Assembly: GCA_024137785.1 (NCBI GenBank)
Contig: JAHRHZ010000267.1
Location: 14,087,454 to 14,151,453 of the forward strand
Source of the DNA: Ginglymostoma cirratum
Lineage: Eukaryota
DNA length: 64,000 bases
Reading direction: 5' to 3'
Both the position numbers and the translations under genes were made by a program. Of the stretch, positions 39,041 to 52,140 are shown piece after piece. Below the pieces are notes generated by a model. That model worked only from the letters and a program-made list of their open reading frames with translations, was not told the origin of the DNA and made no database searches. Each line of letters starts with the position of its first letter. Position 1 is the stretch's first letter.

Positions 39041-39159
39041 ACAACTTTAAAAATACTCCAGTTACTCCTGCTTTCACTTGTGGTCCTCTCAATAATGTCC
39101 AGGGGATTAATGTTTAATTTTTAGAGATTCCAGAACAACCTTGATAGGAGAGCTGCACA

Positions 39160-39395
39160 GTGTTCTGGTTTCTTCCCATAGTCCAAAGATGTGCAGGCCA
39201 TGATTGGCCATGCTAAATTGCCCATAGTGTCCAGGGTTGTACAGGTTAGCTGGATTAGCCATAGGAAATGCAGGGTTACAGGGATATGGTGGGGGTTGGG
39301 TGTGGTTGGGATGTTCTTCAGAGGGTCATTGTGAACTTGATGGGCTGAACGGCCTGCTTTCACACTGTAGGGATTCCATGAAAAGATTCTATGAT
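39160..39395 (+). mobile_element. HE1-like V-SINE, 5'-truncated
   Basis: ctggtttcttcccatagtccaaagatgtgcagg..ggccatgctaaattgccc and CR1 tail. Confidence 0.8.
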
Positions 39396-41577
39396 TCTGT
39401 GATAACACTGCTTCCAGATAGACAAACAGCTGGTGTCAAATCATATTTCTCAGCACTGACCACTTAAGGCTACAGAGCAGGCAGTAGTTGTGTGCTTGAT
39501 AACACTAAATGTGTAGTCCAGCTGAGATAATGAAAACTCACAGCATCCACTGAGCGCTGGGATTCCTAATAATGAGGGAAATGCAGCCATAATAAGGATA
39601 CAGACAGAGAGGGTATTAGATGGGTGGAAGTGTAGAGGTCAGGGTGATGCCATTGTCTAGGAAATTCTGTCATTAAACCAAGAATGATAAATTCCACATC
39701 AATGGTAAGGATCTTATTGCTAATTGACGAACTCTACAGATATTCTCAGCCATGGTAATTACCGAAGTATAAAAGAAGCTCACTGCTAGCATTGCATGTC
39801 ATGATCTTTTAGTATTTTGTGGAATATTCTACTCCAGACTGGTAATTGTAGGCTTGCTGGAAGTATGCAAGTCCAAATAGGTGAAGAGAAAGCTGTAAAA
39901 TGTTTAAAGAATAATTTCAGCATGACCCAGCAGAAAAGGTTAACAAATTTACCCGAATAACCTCAAGTGAAAGTGTGCGTGCAAGGATTAGGCTCAGCTG
40001 TGAAGTTTCCCTCCAAACCCCTCTCACCAGCCCCGTCAGGCTTTGAACGGCTTACTGCCTCTCCCTGTCAATGATTATGGATAACGTTTAGCAATTTGGA
40101 GAAGGTTATAGGGTGACTACAAAACTAAACCAGTGGGAGCTTTTAAAAGAATCATAGAGAAGGCCGTGAAAATAAAAGACACTCCGATAATATTGAACAT
40201 CGTAAGTATTGGAGTGAGATATAGGGATATGATACGATGATAGATTTGTCATTTCTGGGGGACAGATTTTGCAAGGAAGCTGCCCCTTGACTAAACTTAT
40301 TTTGATTGTGAACTGTGCTTGATTCAGCCTTCATAAAACAGGCAATAATGTAATAATCTAGTATGCCATCAATTGCACATCACCTGCTGCCTCAGTGCAT
40401 CTGAAATGTCACCATGTGCAGTGGGGATTGCTCATGAGGGATTAGGGTCGGAGTTGTTTGCATAGTCAGGGCAAAGCAAGGAGCTGCTGATTTGCATCAT
40501 ATCTGATCAAAGCAGCTTTGTACTGATATGAGACAAATTATTAAACTTTGAATCACTGTCAAGCTGTAAATATTGGTCACCAAAATGAATGGATCAAAGG
40601 AGTGATATAATACTTACCAACTCAAATGCTGTTGTTTAATTTGATCATGTCAAAGTCAATTTCTGAGAACATGTTTCACAGAGGTTTGCATTTTAACTTG
40701 TGGATTTTATTATAAGCCTGCCTTTTGGTACTTTGTGCTAACTCCCTCCTTTGCAGTTGTTTCAATCCATTGTTTCAATCTCATACTTTAATTTCTGCAT
40801 TCCAGTGCATCTTTCAGTAATCTAATTTCATATAAGACTTTGGATTTGATTTTGGATTTGTGAGTTTTTTTAGGCTGGATATTTTGATATGAAAGATTAC
40901 AAAACAATGGAAACCAAATCCCCTGACTTTAACCCTTTTTACTGCTGAACTGCAATGTCTAATAAAAACACCCTGCACATTTACAACATGATGGAAAATA
41001 GAATTAACAATAAGTGCCTGCCACTCAAACTATTTCAAACACCACAGTTCATTTAATTAAAGTCAAAATCCAACTCATTGCAAGCTCTGATGCTTCACTG
41101 AATAATGGAAAGCCCATTTCCTAGAGGCATGCTGAAATGAAACAGTTGGATCTGCTTGATAGCATTTTCATTCAAAGGGTGAGTTTGAAATAAGTGTTTG
41201 ATACTGGAATGTACTCTCTTAAACAATTTCAGAATTCTGTATGAAGAAAATTAAGTCATCTGACCTAAGTGAGGAATCTAGTGAATAGATGTTAAAATGC
41301 TTGAAGTTATCATGCAAATTCTCAATCTATTCACAGAAAATTCCTTGCTACAATATTTTATCTGAGACATCAATACATTTACATGAAGCATTTGTCCAGT
41401 GACTCCAACATGCATTTCTGGCCGAGTACCACATGAATCTGGCAGAATTACAAGCACCCTGCAATATTTCAATGAATTTTTTTATTGAAATCTTCTAAAA
41501 ACGACTGCGGTAATTTTGTCAAATTCGACAGCCTGTTTAAACTGTGTTTAAAATTTAGACAAATTAAAAAGGTTGAA

Positions 41578-41699
41578 GGGTCACCGGACCTGAAACGTTA
41601 TCTCTGTTTTTTCCTTCACAGATGCTGCCAGACCTGCTGAGCTTCTCCAGCAACTTTGTTTTTGTTGCTGATTTACAGCATCCACAGTTCTTTTGGTTT
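41578..41699 (+). mobile_element. Penelope-terminus element, family B, single arm
   Basis: Starts at stem II gggtcaccggacctgaaacgtt. TSD ttaaaaaggttgaa (41564-41577) / ttaaaaagattgaa (41700-41713). Confidence 0.85.
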
Positions 41700-43709
41700 T
41701 TAAAAAGATTGAATCTTATGGCTGAGTCTCACTAGTTCCCTGGTAGCAAGCTAGGAGGCAGGAGGACTTGTAAAATGGTGGCAGAAGATGTTGCAACAGG
41801 AGATTAATGTCTTCCTGTCACAAGATGTTGTCAATGGCAGGAAAGGGCTGGCATAGCTCATTCATTGAAAGAAGGCAATAAACCACAAAATGGGCTAATC
41901 AAAGACAACCTCCTGCCCTCTCCATCATTTTACCAGTGTCAAGATAGACCCCTGCTTCACGGAGAGACCATCAGATAAATTGTGCCCAGTGTTTTTCTAG
42001 GGTGAGTGTGTGCCCTTCCTTTCTGTCTGTGCCACGGCCTGTAGGGAAGGCCACCAGTGGCCATGACTGCCCTTTATGATCCAACACTGCTGCTAGAGGC
42101 TAAACCCCTCTGGTCATCTTGGTCTGCCCCCATGGCCACAGCAATGTCAAAAAGATCTTATTTGGCCTTCAAAGGTGCCTCAACTTGGCTGTCTCTTCCA
42201 GCAGTCCCCACAGTGACCACCTCTGCCTGTGGCACTGCCGAGGCCACCAGATTTCCAGCCCTCCGATTGCACCAGCAGATCTAAAAGGACAGCATCATGC
42301 CCAAACCTCTTACTTGCTTGCCATTGGTAAAATTCTCAGGCTCAGGGCCTGTGTTCGGTCCTGGATGTGCTAGCATCCCATCTTTGGAAAAAACGCAAGG
42401 CCTTCTAAAATCTGAATTCTCAATTTCTGACCATTTAGCTGGTTTGTTCTATTTGCTTACCAAAATACTGCCCTTTCTTCTGTATTGTTGATTCTTGGTG
42501 AAATGCCATCTGCAAACCTTCTTAAGCGGTGATAGTTGGCATATGAGCCAAGACAGGGACATGAAGATGCCAGAACTGAGTTCGTTCTTGTCCTCACTGA
42601 TGTCTGCATATGAACTTTTTCCAGTGGGAAGCACTGGATTAACAGTCAAGAGTGGGAGCTATTGTCGATGCTGCATGCCTTCTCCAAATGTGCGTTGGGA
42701 AGACAGAACCAATGCTTTCAGTTCTCCACCATAAAACATTTCATCTCCACAGCCATTTGTTTAGGCTGAAGCAGACCCTATAAAAGTTTGATACCTTGTG
42801 TGATCCTGAGCGAAACCTTAAACCAACAACCTATTCACTGTCAACACTGTGTATTTCCTACTCTGTGCAGAGCCCACTACTGCTATCAGTTCAATCCCTG
42901 CTTCTCCTGAAACCCTCTCCCACACATTTTAAGTCACCCCAAACTCAATGGCATGGATTTCAAAATTGCGATATATTGTCAAATGAGTAATGATAAATCT
43001 TCAGGCAATATTGGAAATAAAGTGCGATAGACATTAGACATGGTTACTGATTCAGTATCACTCAATTTACTCTATTAAACAAATGCAAACTTTACTCCAG
43101 GTTCTCCAATGTTCTCTGCACTGTTTACCATCATTAATGAACAGCTATTGGTCCTATGTTCATCTGCCTGCACCCTAGTCTATACCAAGCTGTACTTGCG
43201 AATTTGAGGTATTTGTCTTGAAATTCTTTCTGATCTCGCCCCACAATACCGTGCAACCTTCTTGCACTTCCAGCAACTGTTCATTATTTAATTTGGCCTT
43301 TTGTGGATCTCAACCCTCTACCCTTCAGCTCAGCTGTATTTCCCTTGCCCAAATCATTTTTTTCTGCCTGACCTTTACAGATCTTATAAGAACACATCTT
43401 TTTTGCAAAACATTCAGTCACCTTTTCTACCTTCACCATTGTCAGGTAAGAAAGAAAAAAAAATCAGTCAGGCTTTCCACTTTGGTGTTAATCAGCAACC
43501 TCTACTGGAAAATAGTCACATGAAAATGTTGGTTCATGCCACCATACTCGGATATCCTGTTTATTACTCATTATTTTGACTCAGAGCTGAAGCTGCAGGA
43601 GGGAACAGGCTAATAGACTTGAAATTTGCTTGACTCATTTTCTGAGGGAAGGGGCAGTATCAAGGGAATACATGCTCAGCCATGTCCAAACTTTTACAGC
43701 TGTAAAGGA

Positions 43710-44060
43710 AAGGGCTTGCATTTGTGAAGCACCTTATGCAACCTTAGGACATTCCAAATCTCTTTACAGCTAATAAGGTACTTATCAAAGTGTAATCACT
43801 ATTATTAAAACGCAATTAATTTACTAACAGTAATGTAGTAATGACCAACTAATTTGTTTTAGGGATGCTGGTTGATCGATAAATATTGGCTTGGACACCA
43901 AGGTAAAACATGCTTCGAACTAGCGCCCTAAGAGCTTTTGCATCCATCTGAAAAGGCAGACCGGGTCTTAATGCCCAAAATACAAGATTGACGGCAGTGC
44001 GACACTCACTCAGTCCTTCACCGAAGTGTCAGCTGTGTTCAAGTTTCTGTAGTAACCTTT
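43710..44060 (-). mobile_element. DeuSINE-like SINE
   Basis: Paralogue of 32385-32745. Confidence 0.65.
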
Positions 44061-44519
44061 CTGCAGCATAAATTGGCCCCTGCAGCACTAGTTTCAAGAA
44101 CTTGTAATGCAGAAATACTTCAGAAATAATTGCATGATTAGACTCATTGCTGCTCCCATCATTAATGACACAGATGATTGGATACTGTAGTTAGCTGTGC
44201 TCACTTGCATCAAGGACAAAGCGATTAGTTGCCAGAAAGGTAAAGCTGAGTCACTTTCATGACAAGTGTTTTCTTAAAAAATTGTTTTTAGCCCTTCAGA
44301 GACAAGAATTCCTCCTTTGTAGAAATACTGAATTTTTAGTTAGAAGTGTGCACTGAATGATGTTACCAAAGGGACTGTAGCTCTGTTATCACGCCTCAGA
44401 AGACAATCACAGAACTTGTTCTAAAGCTTCTCAAGTAAGTGAATGTCTGCACCTCCACAACAATTGAAAAGCACTCTTAATCATACTGGAGGAAAAAGAA
44501 AGTTAAGCTACATTTCCTA

Positions 44520-44830
44520 ACAGTTGGGAGTAACTGTTTTCACTGGCAGGACGCTGGTACCCAGAGGACATAGATTTAATATAATTGGCAAAAGAATCAA
44601 GGGGTGAGATGAGACGAGTACTTTTTACCCAATGAGCTGTTACGATTGAAAAGGATTGGAGAAGCAGATTGTGATTTCCAAAAGATAATTGGACAAATAC
44701 TTTTAAAAGAAAAGCATTTGTAGCACTGTGGGGCAAGGGCAGGGGTGTGAGACTAATTGGATGGTACTTTCAAGGAGCTAGCATAAGTACGATGAGCTGA
44801 ATGGTCCCCTCCTGAGCTGCATTATTTTAT
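44520..44830 (+). mobile_element. Old CR1 3' end
   Basis: gaggacatagatttaat..aattggcaaaaga..ctttttacccaatgagc..gagctgaatggtcccctcctg. Confidence 0.65.
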
Positions 44831-46316
44831 GTGACTGGAAACCAATTTTGCAAAATCTCTAGAAGAATTTACAGCCTGAGGGAATTTTCTTTGACTGTTC
44901 CTTTTTTAGCCTAGCAAGGCTATGGTACAAAATTATCAGCAATAAAGAACAATGTTTAACCCATTAACACAGCAATTGTCTCATCCAAAAAAAAATCAAA
45001 TGGAATTGTATTAGTACATCTCAAGTACTAATCAAAACAGACATATTAAAAATTAAATTAATCGGATTCAAACTTGGCGTAGGGAAAAATAGCTGTCAAA
45101 TCAAGCAGAGTGGTACAACAGAGTATTTAGAAAATTTGAGTTCAACGGCAGAAGAAACCTGCTTAGCTTTTGTTTGTTTGGCATCTCTAGTGCAGTTACA
45201 GAAACTCTCAAGTTTAATCCAGTAATTTGTGTCGTTCAGAAAAAAATGTAACTGACTGCTGGAGTCAGTTATTTGTATATTATCCTGCAGGGAAGTCAAT
45301 ATATACTTACACCAACACCTAAAAAGTCCATGCAATAACAGTGCTGCCTTTTAGGATTGAAAAAAAATGAGTTGACAATGACTCTATACAGCCATCAGTT
45401 TTGTCTCTCAAGACATAACTCAGCTTGGGAAGCACGCTATATTGCTGTTTATATGAACAGCAAATTGACATGGTACTGTTTCAAGATTTCATATCCCAAC
45501 CATACAACTTATTGAAATCTTGTTGACAACTAATCCAAATATATTGCCGTGAACCAAGATCATTTTATTCACCAAAGTTATTATACGTATCTCTGAGGGT
45601 TGGGACATAGCTGTCTGTTCTGCTAACCGCCAGGATAAAAGATCTGGGGTGGAGGAGCCTGCCCACGATCTTGACAACTGTCCTACAGCAATTTCACGTT
45701 AGGAATGTTGCTTCAATTACTTTAAGGTGAGACTTGTGCTTGTAACTCAGGAGAAAATCCTACCTCAGGGACTTCTGCCAATCGGATGGCCGACTCTCAT
45801 CCCGGTCAGGCCAGCTGTGAGCTGTGGCCGCTGCTGTTACTTGCCAAAAGAACCCAGGTGGTCAGCGGGTTATCCCTGGAGCTTTGTTCAAAAGGCTAGA
45901 GGAAGGTGTGATCGGGGAGGGGAGTTGGGGAGGCGGTGTGGTGGGGGTGGTGGTGGTGGGTGCTAGATCTGTTAGGCAGAGAGGACCTGCAAAGGAGATC
46001 CCCACACTCCTATCCCTTGCCTGACACCGTCCCATGCTGTTGAAATTGCCGTCCCTTCCACCATTACTATGTACCTGTCTCCAAACCCACCAGCACAATA
46101 ACACCTAGTTCTAGTTAGTACAGTCATGCTTTTCGAATAGTCAGTGCGTATCTCTCCCACGTCTAAAGCTGACCAACTGCGGCTCTTGTCCAGTGAGAGA
46201 GTAACACGAGCTACAGTAGGACGTCTTTTTTCTTTCAAAAAAAACTTTGGATTGAATTTGTACAGACTGAGGAACTAGCCACGTGTTAAATTCACTCTGA
46301 TAGGCTATTAAAAATA

Positions 46317-46455
46317 AGTTCTGAAGACGAGTCACAGCAGACTTGAAACACTAACCCTGTTTCTGTCTTCACTGACGCTGTCAGACCTGCTACAGTTCAC
46401 CAGCAATTTCTATTTTTATTTCAGATTGTCAACATTCACAGTATTTAGGTTTTAT
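46317..46455 (+). mobile_element. Penelope-terminus element with hammerhead-like motif
   Basis: agttCTGAAGA-C-GAGTC-acagca-GACTT-GAAAC (46321-46349), then gacgctgtcagacctgct..tttcagatt. Confidence 0.7.
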
Positions 46456-47054
46456 TAATTATGAGTTAGTGTGTGTGTTCATATACGAGAATTAAGCTTT
46501 CAGCATCCAAGATAGTTATGGGGAACAATTTGAAAGACTTTCAGGTGAACTTAGTAAATACTCCAATGCCTTCCTTGTCTTACTGGCATCAGTCACTCTA
46601 GGTAATAGAACAGGCGCTGAAACTTAGATTCACTTCCAATAACCTTGGATCTTATTTTACATATTATCATCTAAACTGAAAATCCCTACGTAATCAATTC
46701 ACTAATAATTCTTAGTTGTGAGAATGGAGTACATCAACTGGAAAGGAAAGAGCAAATCAAGGTCAATTCCAGCATCAGTTGCTGGCAAAATCTCTTTTAC
46801 CTCCACCTTACTAATATACTTTCATTTCCATTGTACCAGCACAATATTCCAACCCCTACACCTCGAGTAAGTAGACACTCCAGTGCCAATTTGTGAAGAC
46901 GTTTGTGGCATTGCACTGTGAACTTGTTCAGACTAACAAATGGACAGGCCAGATCTATTTCTTATACACCTGGAAAAAGAGGAAGCTTTCTTTCTGCCAA
47001 TCTAGACTAGATTCAGACTGAATTCTCTGAGGCAAATGGTCACTGTAGTTAGAC

Positions 47055-48390
47055 ACTGAGAGTTGTAGAGTTGTACAGCACAGAAACAGACCATTCAGTT
47101 CAACTTCTCCATGCTGACCAGATATCCTAAACTGATCTAGCATTTGCCAGCATTTGGCTCTTATCCCTCTAAAGCCTTCTTATTCACATACGCATCAAGA
47201 TACTTCTTAAATGTTGTAATTGTACCAGCCTCCACCATTTCATCTGGCAGCTCATTCCATGCACGCGCTACCCTCTGCGTGAAAAAGTTGCCTCTTAGGT
47301 CCCTTTTAAATCTTTCCCCTCCTGCCTTAAACCAATGCCTTCTAGTTTTGTACACCCCACCCTGGGGAAAAGATCTTGACTATTCACTCTCTCCATGCTC
47401 CTTGTGATTTTATAAACCTCCAAAAGGTCACCCCGCAGCCTCTGGCGCTCCAAGGACAAAAGCCCCAGCCTGTTTAGTTTCTCCCTACAGCTCAAACCCT
47501 CCAAACCTGGCAACATCTTTGTAAGTCTTTTCTGCACCCTTTCAAGTTTCACAACATCTTTCCTTTAGCTGCCTTATTTCCCAAGAGAAGGTTAAGTATT
47601 GCTCCTTCTAGTAGTAGGTTCTTGTACAGAGTTAACAAATTCCTCTCCATCCAAGCCTTAACACTATGGGAGTCCCAGTCTATGTTGAGAAAGTTAAAAT
47701 CCCCTACCATTACAACGCTATCATTCTTACTGTTATCTGAGATCTCCTTACAAACTTGTTTCTCAATTTCCCACTGACTAGGAGTGTCTATAGTACAATC
47801 CCTAGAAAGTGATCATCCCTGTCTTATATCTCAGTTCCACCCAAATAATTTCACTGGATGTGCGCCCTGGAATATCCTCCCTAATTACAGCCATAATGTT
47901 ATCCTTAATGAAAAACATCGCTCCTCCTCCTCTCTTGCCCCCTCTTTCTATCCTTCTGATGGCATCCAAACCCTGGAACATTAAGCTGCCAGCCCTGCCC
48001 TTTCCTGAGTCATGTCTCTGTAATAGCTATACGATCCTAGTCCTATGCTCCCAACCGTGCCCTGGGTTCATCTGCCTTACCTGTCAGGCCTCCTGCATTG
48101 AAATAAATGCACTTTAATTTATCAGTCGTACCTCATTCTCTGCCTTGCTCTTGGCTGCCTTGACTATTTGACTTGTTCCGTTCCTCTTCTCAACTGTACC
48201 AGCCTCCGACTTATCTCTTTTCTCACTTTCTCTTTGCTGCTTTACTTGTCCCATATGATCCAATAAGATTCACAACCAAATATGCTTTCTACAGACGTAA
48301 TCATCAGGAACATTGAAATTCTGCCTAAACGCCCACATCCAACAGGAAGAGCACATGACTGTACTGAAGGCCATCTCTGCACTTTAATCT
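47055..48390 (-). mobile_element. Internally deleted CR1 (ORF1 start + endonuclease piece + 3' end)
   Basis: 47055-47570 KLERVQKRLTKMLPGLEGLS..ARAWNELPDEMVEAGT plus tail; about 47680-47720 VMVGDFNFLNIDW APE-type motif; about 48330-48375 MAFSTVMCSSCWMW. Confidence 0.75.
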
Positions 48391-51300
48391 ATAGACCCAG
48401 AAAACAGCAGTTTTATTGCTCCATAAATACTGCTGTATGAAAACTTAATACTTATGCCATGAAATGCAAACACCTCTTCATTTAAAGTCATAAAATGTAT
48501 TTAGTTCTGTAAGAAATTTTAGAAATCAAATGTTCTGTGCATTTGCAAGACATTTGCCTTGTTCTAATCAAAATTGTACATAACAAATATGTACATTTCA
48601 ATAATTTATATCAGATGGGAGACAGCAAGCAATCACAATTGCATTTCTGTAAAAATTGAATGAGTGAATCAGAAAACAGTAGGTAATCTGAGGACATTAT
48701 GGGTTACAGAAAATCAACTGTGAAATTTCCAACAGATTAGCAGACAAGGAACATAACTTTGAACCAGGCTGCTGTGACCCAGGTTTCAACAAAACTAATT
48801 TCTTTCGAAGAAACAATTTTTGAAAAGATACTACTACCATGCATTTTCCTAGGGTGTATTTAAATGGACAATTATTCTGTGCCTGATGGTTCAGTCACAG
48901 AGGCAGTGCTTGCAGCAATATGAAACTGTCAGGCAGAATTAGGGTAATTAATGTAATTAATGCTTGTCTTTTGCCCTTTTCACAAGGTGGTTCATGGGCA
49001 ATTCAATCTTGTCTTAATGGGTACAAACGATTTTGCACAGTAATAAGAGAAAGAAATGGATGAAAGGCATAATGTGTAACTGCATAATGTGCTCTTATAG
49101 CATTCTTCGCCTTAGTTAAAGAATCATCTAGACTGGATACCATTAAAAATTATACAACAATGCCTTGCTTAAGGATGTCCTATCGATCCCAACTGGACAC
49201 GGCTTCTGCTGAAACTAAGGCCGGGAATTTGAATCTGCAAGCCAATTTATTTTTCATTTTGTCTCAGCAGATTTTCTAGCAATAGTTTCTGACAGCTCAC
49301 GGTTTTCCCTACTGGTTAGGCATCTTATGAATGTATTTTTAAAATACTGCAGAAAGGCAAATAGAAATTAAGCCAAAAGGAATGATAGGAACACAACTTT
49401 CAGAGTTGTGGTTAAATTAGTCATGGGAAGAAGAATTTACTTGCCCTATACAATTTCATAGTGGTTTTCTTTCACATGACTGTAACATTGTTTGATTTTC
49501 CTCCATTTTTCAAAAAAATCCTTTTCTTCCTTTCATTGTCCCTCCTTTTGCATCTACATCTCCATTTTTCCTTCGGCTTACTTCTCTCTCTCTCAGATGC
49601 TCATTACATGTCAATTTGTTTCTTCTCTACATGTGGGCAGTTGATCTTTTCAGTTCCCTGTCTGTATGCAACCCATGGTCTCAGAGCTGGAAAGCATTCA
49701 GGGTAGGTGCAGTAGAAATTAAGACTACGCTTGAGTTGGCATCAATCTTCCAACTATCTTTGGACTGTGATTTTAAACAGCTGGTGCAAGCCAAACATTA
49801 TTCAGAAGTCATTTGAGATGTGGCAAACATTCAAGAGTTATGCTACCATACACTATTTGCTGAGATGCAAAACACATTCAAATGTTCTTCATAAAACACA
49901 GAGGGTTAAAGAAAACAGACAAATCTGGAACACGTCTTATCATTGGCAGCAAAAGGTGGACAACTATGGTTCTGCAAGATCCTTTTCTGAGCCTGGGTTT
50001 ATGTTTTGCACAGCATCAGGTGACCTAAAGAATCTTATCTGTTAGGCCAGTTCGTATATGATGCCATAAACCCTATAGTGATTTTGGATTATATATCATC
50101 AGTTGTGACATCTGAATTATTCCCAAAGATTATTGATTTGGCAGTTTCACTAACCCAGAGAGAGCTTTTTTCTTTAATTGAGACACATGCAGTGTAATAT
50201 TTTGATGATTTGAAACTGAGTGCCTTGTATTAACTCTATATTAGGAACACTGCAGATTGAAGACACTTAGTACGTTTTGACACCGAGCCAAATCATGTAT
50301 TTTTTCATGTTATTCTGCATTAATTTTTTTGTATCCTGAAAATCACAATGTGTTTGATAATAATTTATTCTTGATTGAAAATCTGCCTGTCAGTAAAAAA
50401 GAAGACATGACAGATGTCATCATAAATCACCTTGGTAACTAATTTTCAAGTCCATTTTTATGAAAGACTCAAATAAGTTGGCAGAAGCATCCCTCACTAC
50501 CAGAGGACATTCAGGCAGCCCATCCTTGGGAAGAGTTAGCTGTGTAAATAGTGTATTTCATTGCAACTTGTAATATGTTGTTAAACTCAGTTTAAATTTT
50601 ATGCAAGTCCCTCAATATTATGCACTATGATGATGTCATGCTAATGCTGGACTGAGAAGGTACAATATGCCAGTATATGTTTTGATGCAATTCTAATAAA
50701 ATCCATGGCATCTTCTAATATTTGCTGGAAGATGCAAATATGTCACTCAAGTGAATTAGCTCATAATCTACAACCATTACTTGGCAGAATGGACAGCATT
50801 TTGTCCATTTCCCACCAAAGATTGGGGATCCTTTGTGGTGATTTCACCCTAAGATTATGTTCTGAATTTATCTGGATTGTGTGGGTCCAAACTAATCCCC
50901 CCACCATCTTCTCCCACATATCATCCAATTTTCTGAAGAATTATATAAAGGTTTTCATTTTGATAGATTGTGTTGTTCTTCCCGGCAGGACAGCTCGTGC
51001 TCCCTCTCCCTTCACCAACATCAGCCACCTCCCACTACATGTCTAGTGCGAGTTTGCAAGAAGTCTTGATATGAAACACCTTCTGCACTTCTGTACCACA
51101 GCACATCTGTGCATTGAAACAGCTAAGACGATGAAGTTAATGTTTTCCTCCCTCTGACCTTAGCTAATTGCTGCCTTTGCTAGTGTGCAGAACATTTTGT
51201 TAATTTTGATCGACTGACAGCCGGAACTCCACTGAGTATGGTAAATACAGAGGAAAATATCATCTGCGTTTCACCCTGATAATATTCCTAAATTCCATCC

Positions 51301-51432
51301 TGAAAGCTCAGTGCCTATTGGAACTGTGTGAATGTTTCTCACATCGCCTGACCTTTAGCTGAGTTGCTAGTTTTAGTACCAAATTTTGTTGAATTAGTTT
51401 GGTGTTTTGGTCGCACTTATGTTAGACAATAG

Positions 51433-51668
51433 TGCAGTATGAAATAACTCCACAGAGGCCGATCGCAAAGTCACCCTTCATTTACATGTGCATAGTGCTT
51501 GACACTGGTCCGGCTTCCTCAGAGCCAACTCGCAGAGTGAACAGAACCTCTGAAACTCCTGTTTACATCTGTCAGCCAGGGCTCCCTGATTGGACCAAAT
51601 TGACAGCTCCAACCAGGGAAATCATATTCTATGAGGTCCACCTGGCTGACCTTGTTACAGTCACTGCA
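51433..51668 (-). mobile_element. Probable solo LTR (236 bp)
   Basis: Termini TGCAGT...ACTGCA with TAG on both flanks; CCAAT and decayed TATA/polyA-like signals on the minus strand. Confidence 0.55.
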
Positions 51669-51679
51669 TAGTGTAAATA

Positions 51680-52140
51680 CCACCAGACTAGTAATCCAGA
51701 GTTAGGACTCATAATTTGGAAATATGTAATCAAATACAGCTTGGCAGCTGGTGAAATTTAAATTCAATTTTGTTAATAAATCTGGTATATAAATATATAT
51801 TCAGTAATGATGAAACAAGCAGATTTTGATTTTAAAAATTCCGTCCGGCTCATTAATTCCTTTGTAGAAGGAAATCTGCGGTCCTTACCCTGTTTGACCC
51901 ATGTATCATTCTAAACACACACACAAAATGTGGTTGACTCTCATGTTCCCTCTGAAATGGTTTACCAAGCTGCACTGAGTTGTATCAGAGCCGCTCCAGA
52001 AACAAAGACGCTGTGAATGTACATAAAACAGACTGCAGCAATTCAACAAAGGGGGCTCAACATGACCTTCTGCAGGTCACTTGGGTATGGTAACAAATGC
52101 TGCCCTTGCCGACAATGTTCACATTCCCAGGAACTGATTA
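51680..52140 (+). mobile_element. SINE with LINE-derived tail (family of 25400-25625)
   Basis: gaaggaaatctgcggtccttacc..tgtggttgactctc..aaatgctgcccttgccgacaatgttcacattccc. Confidence 0.6.
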
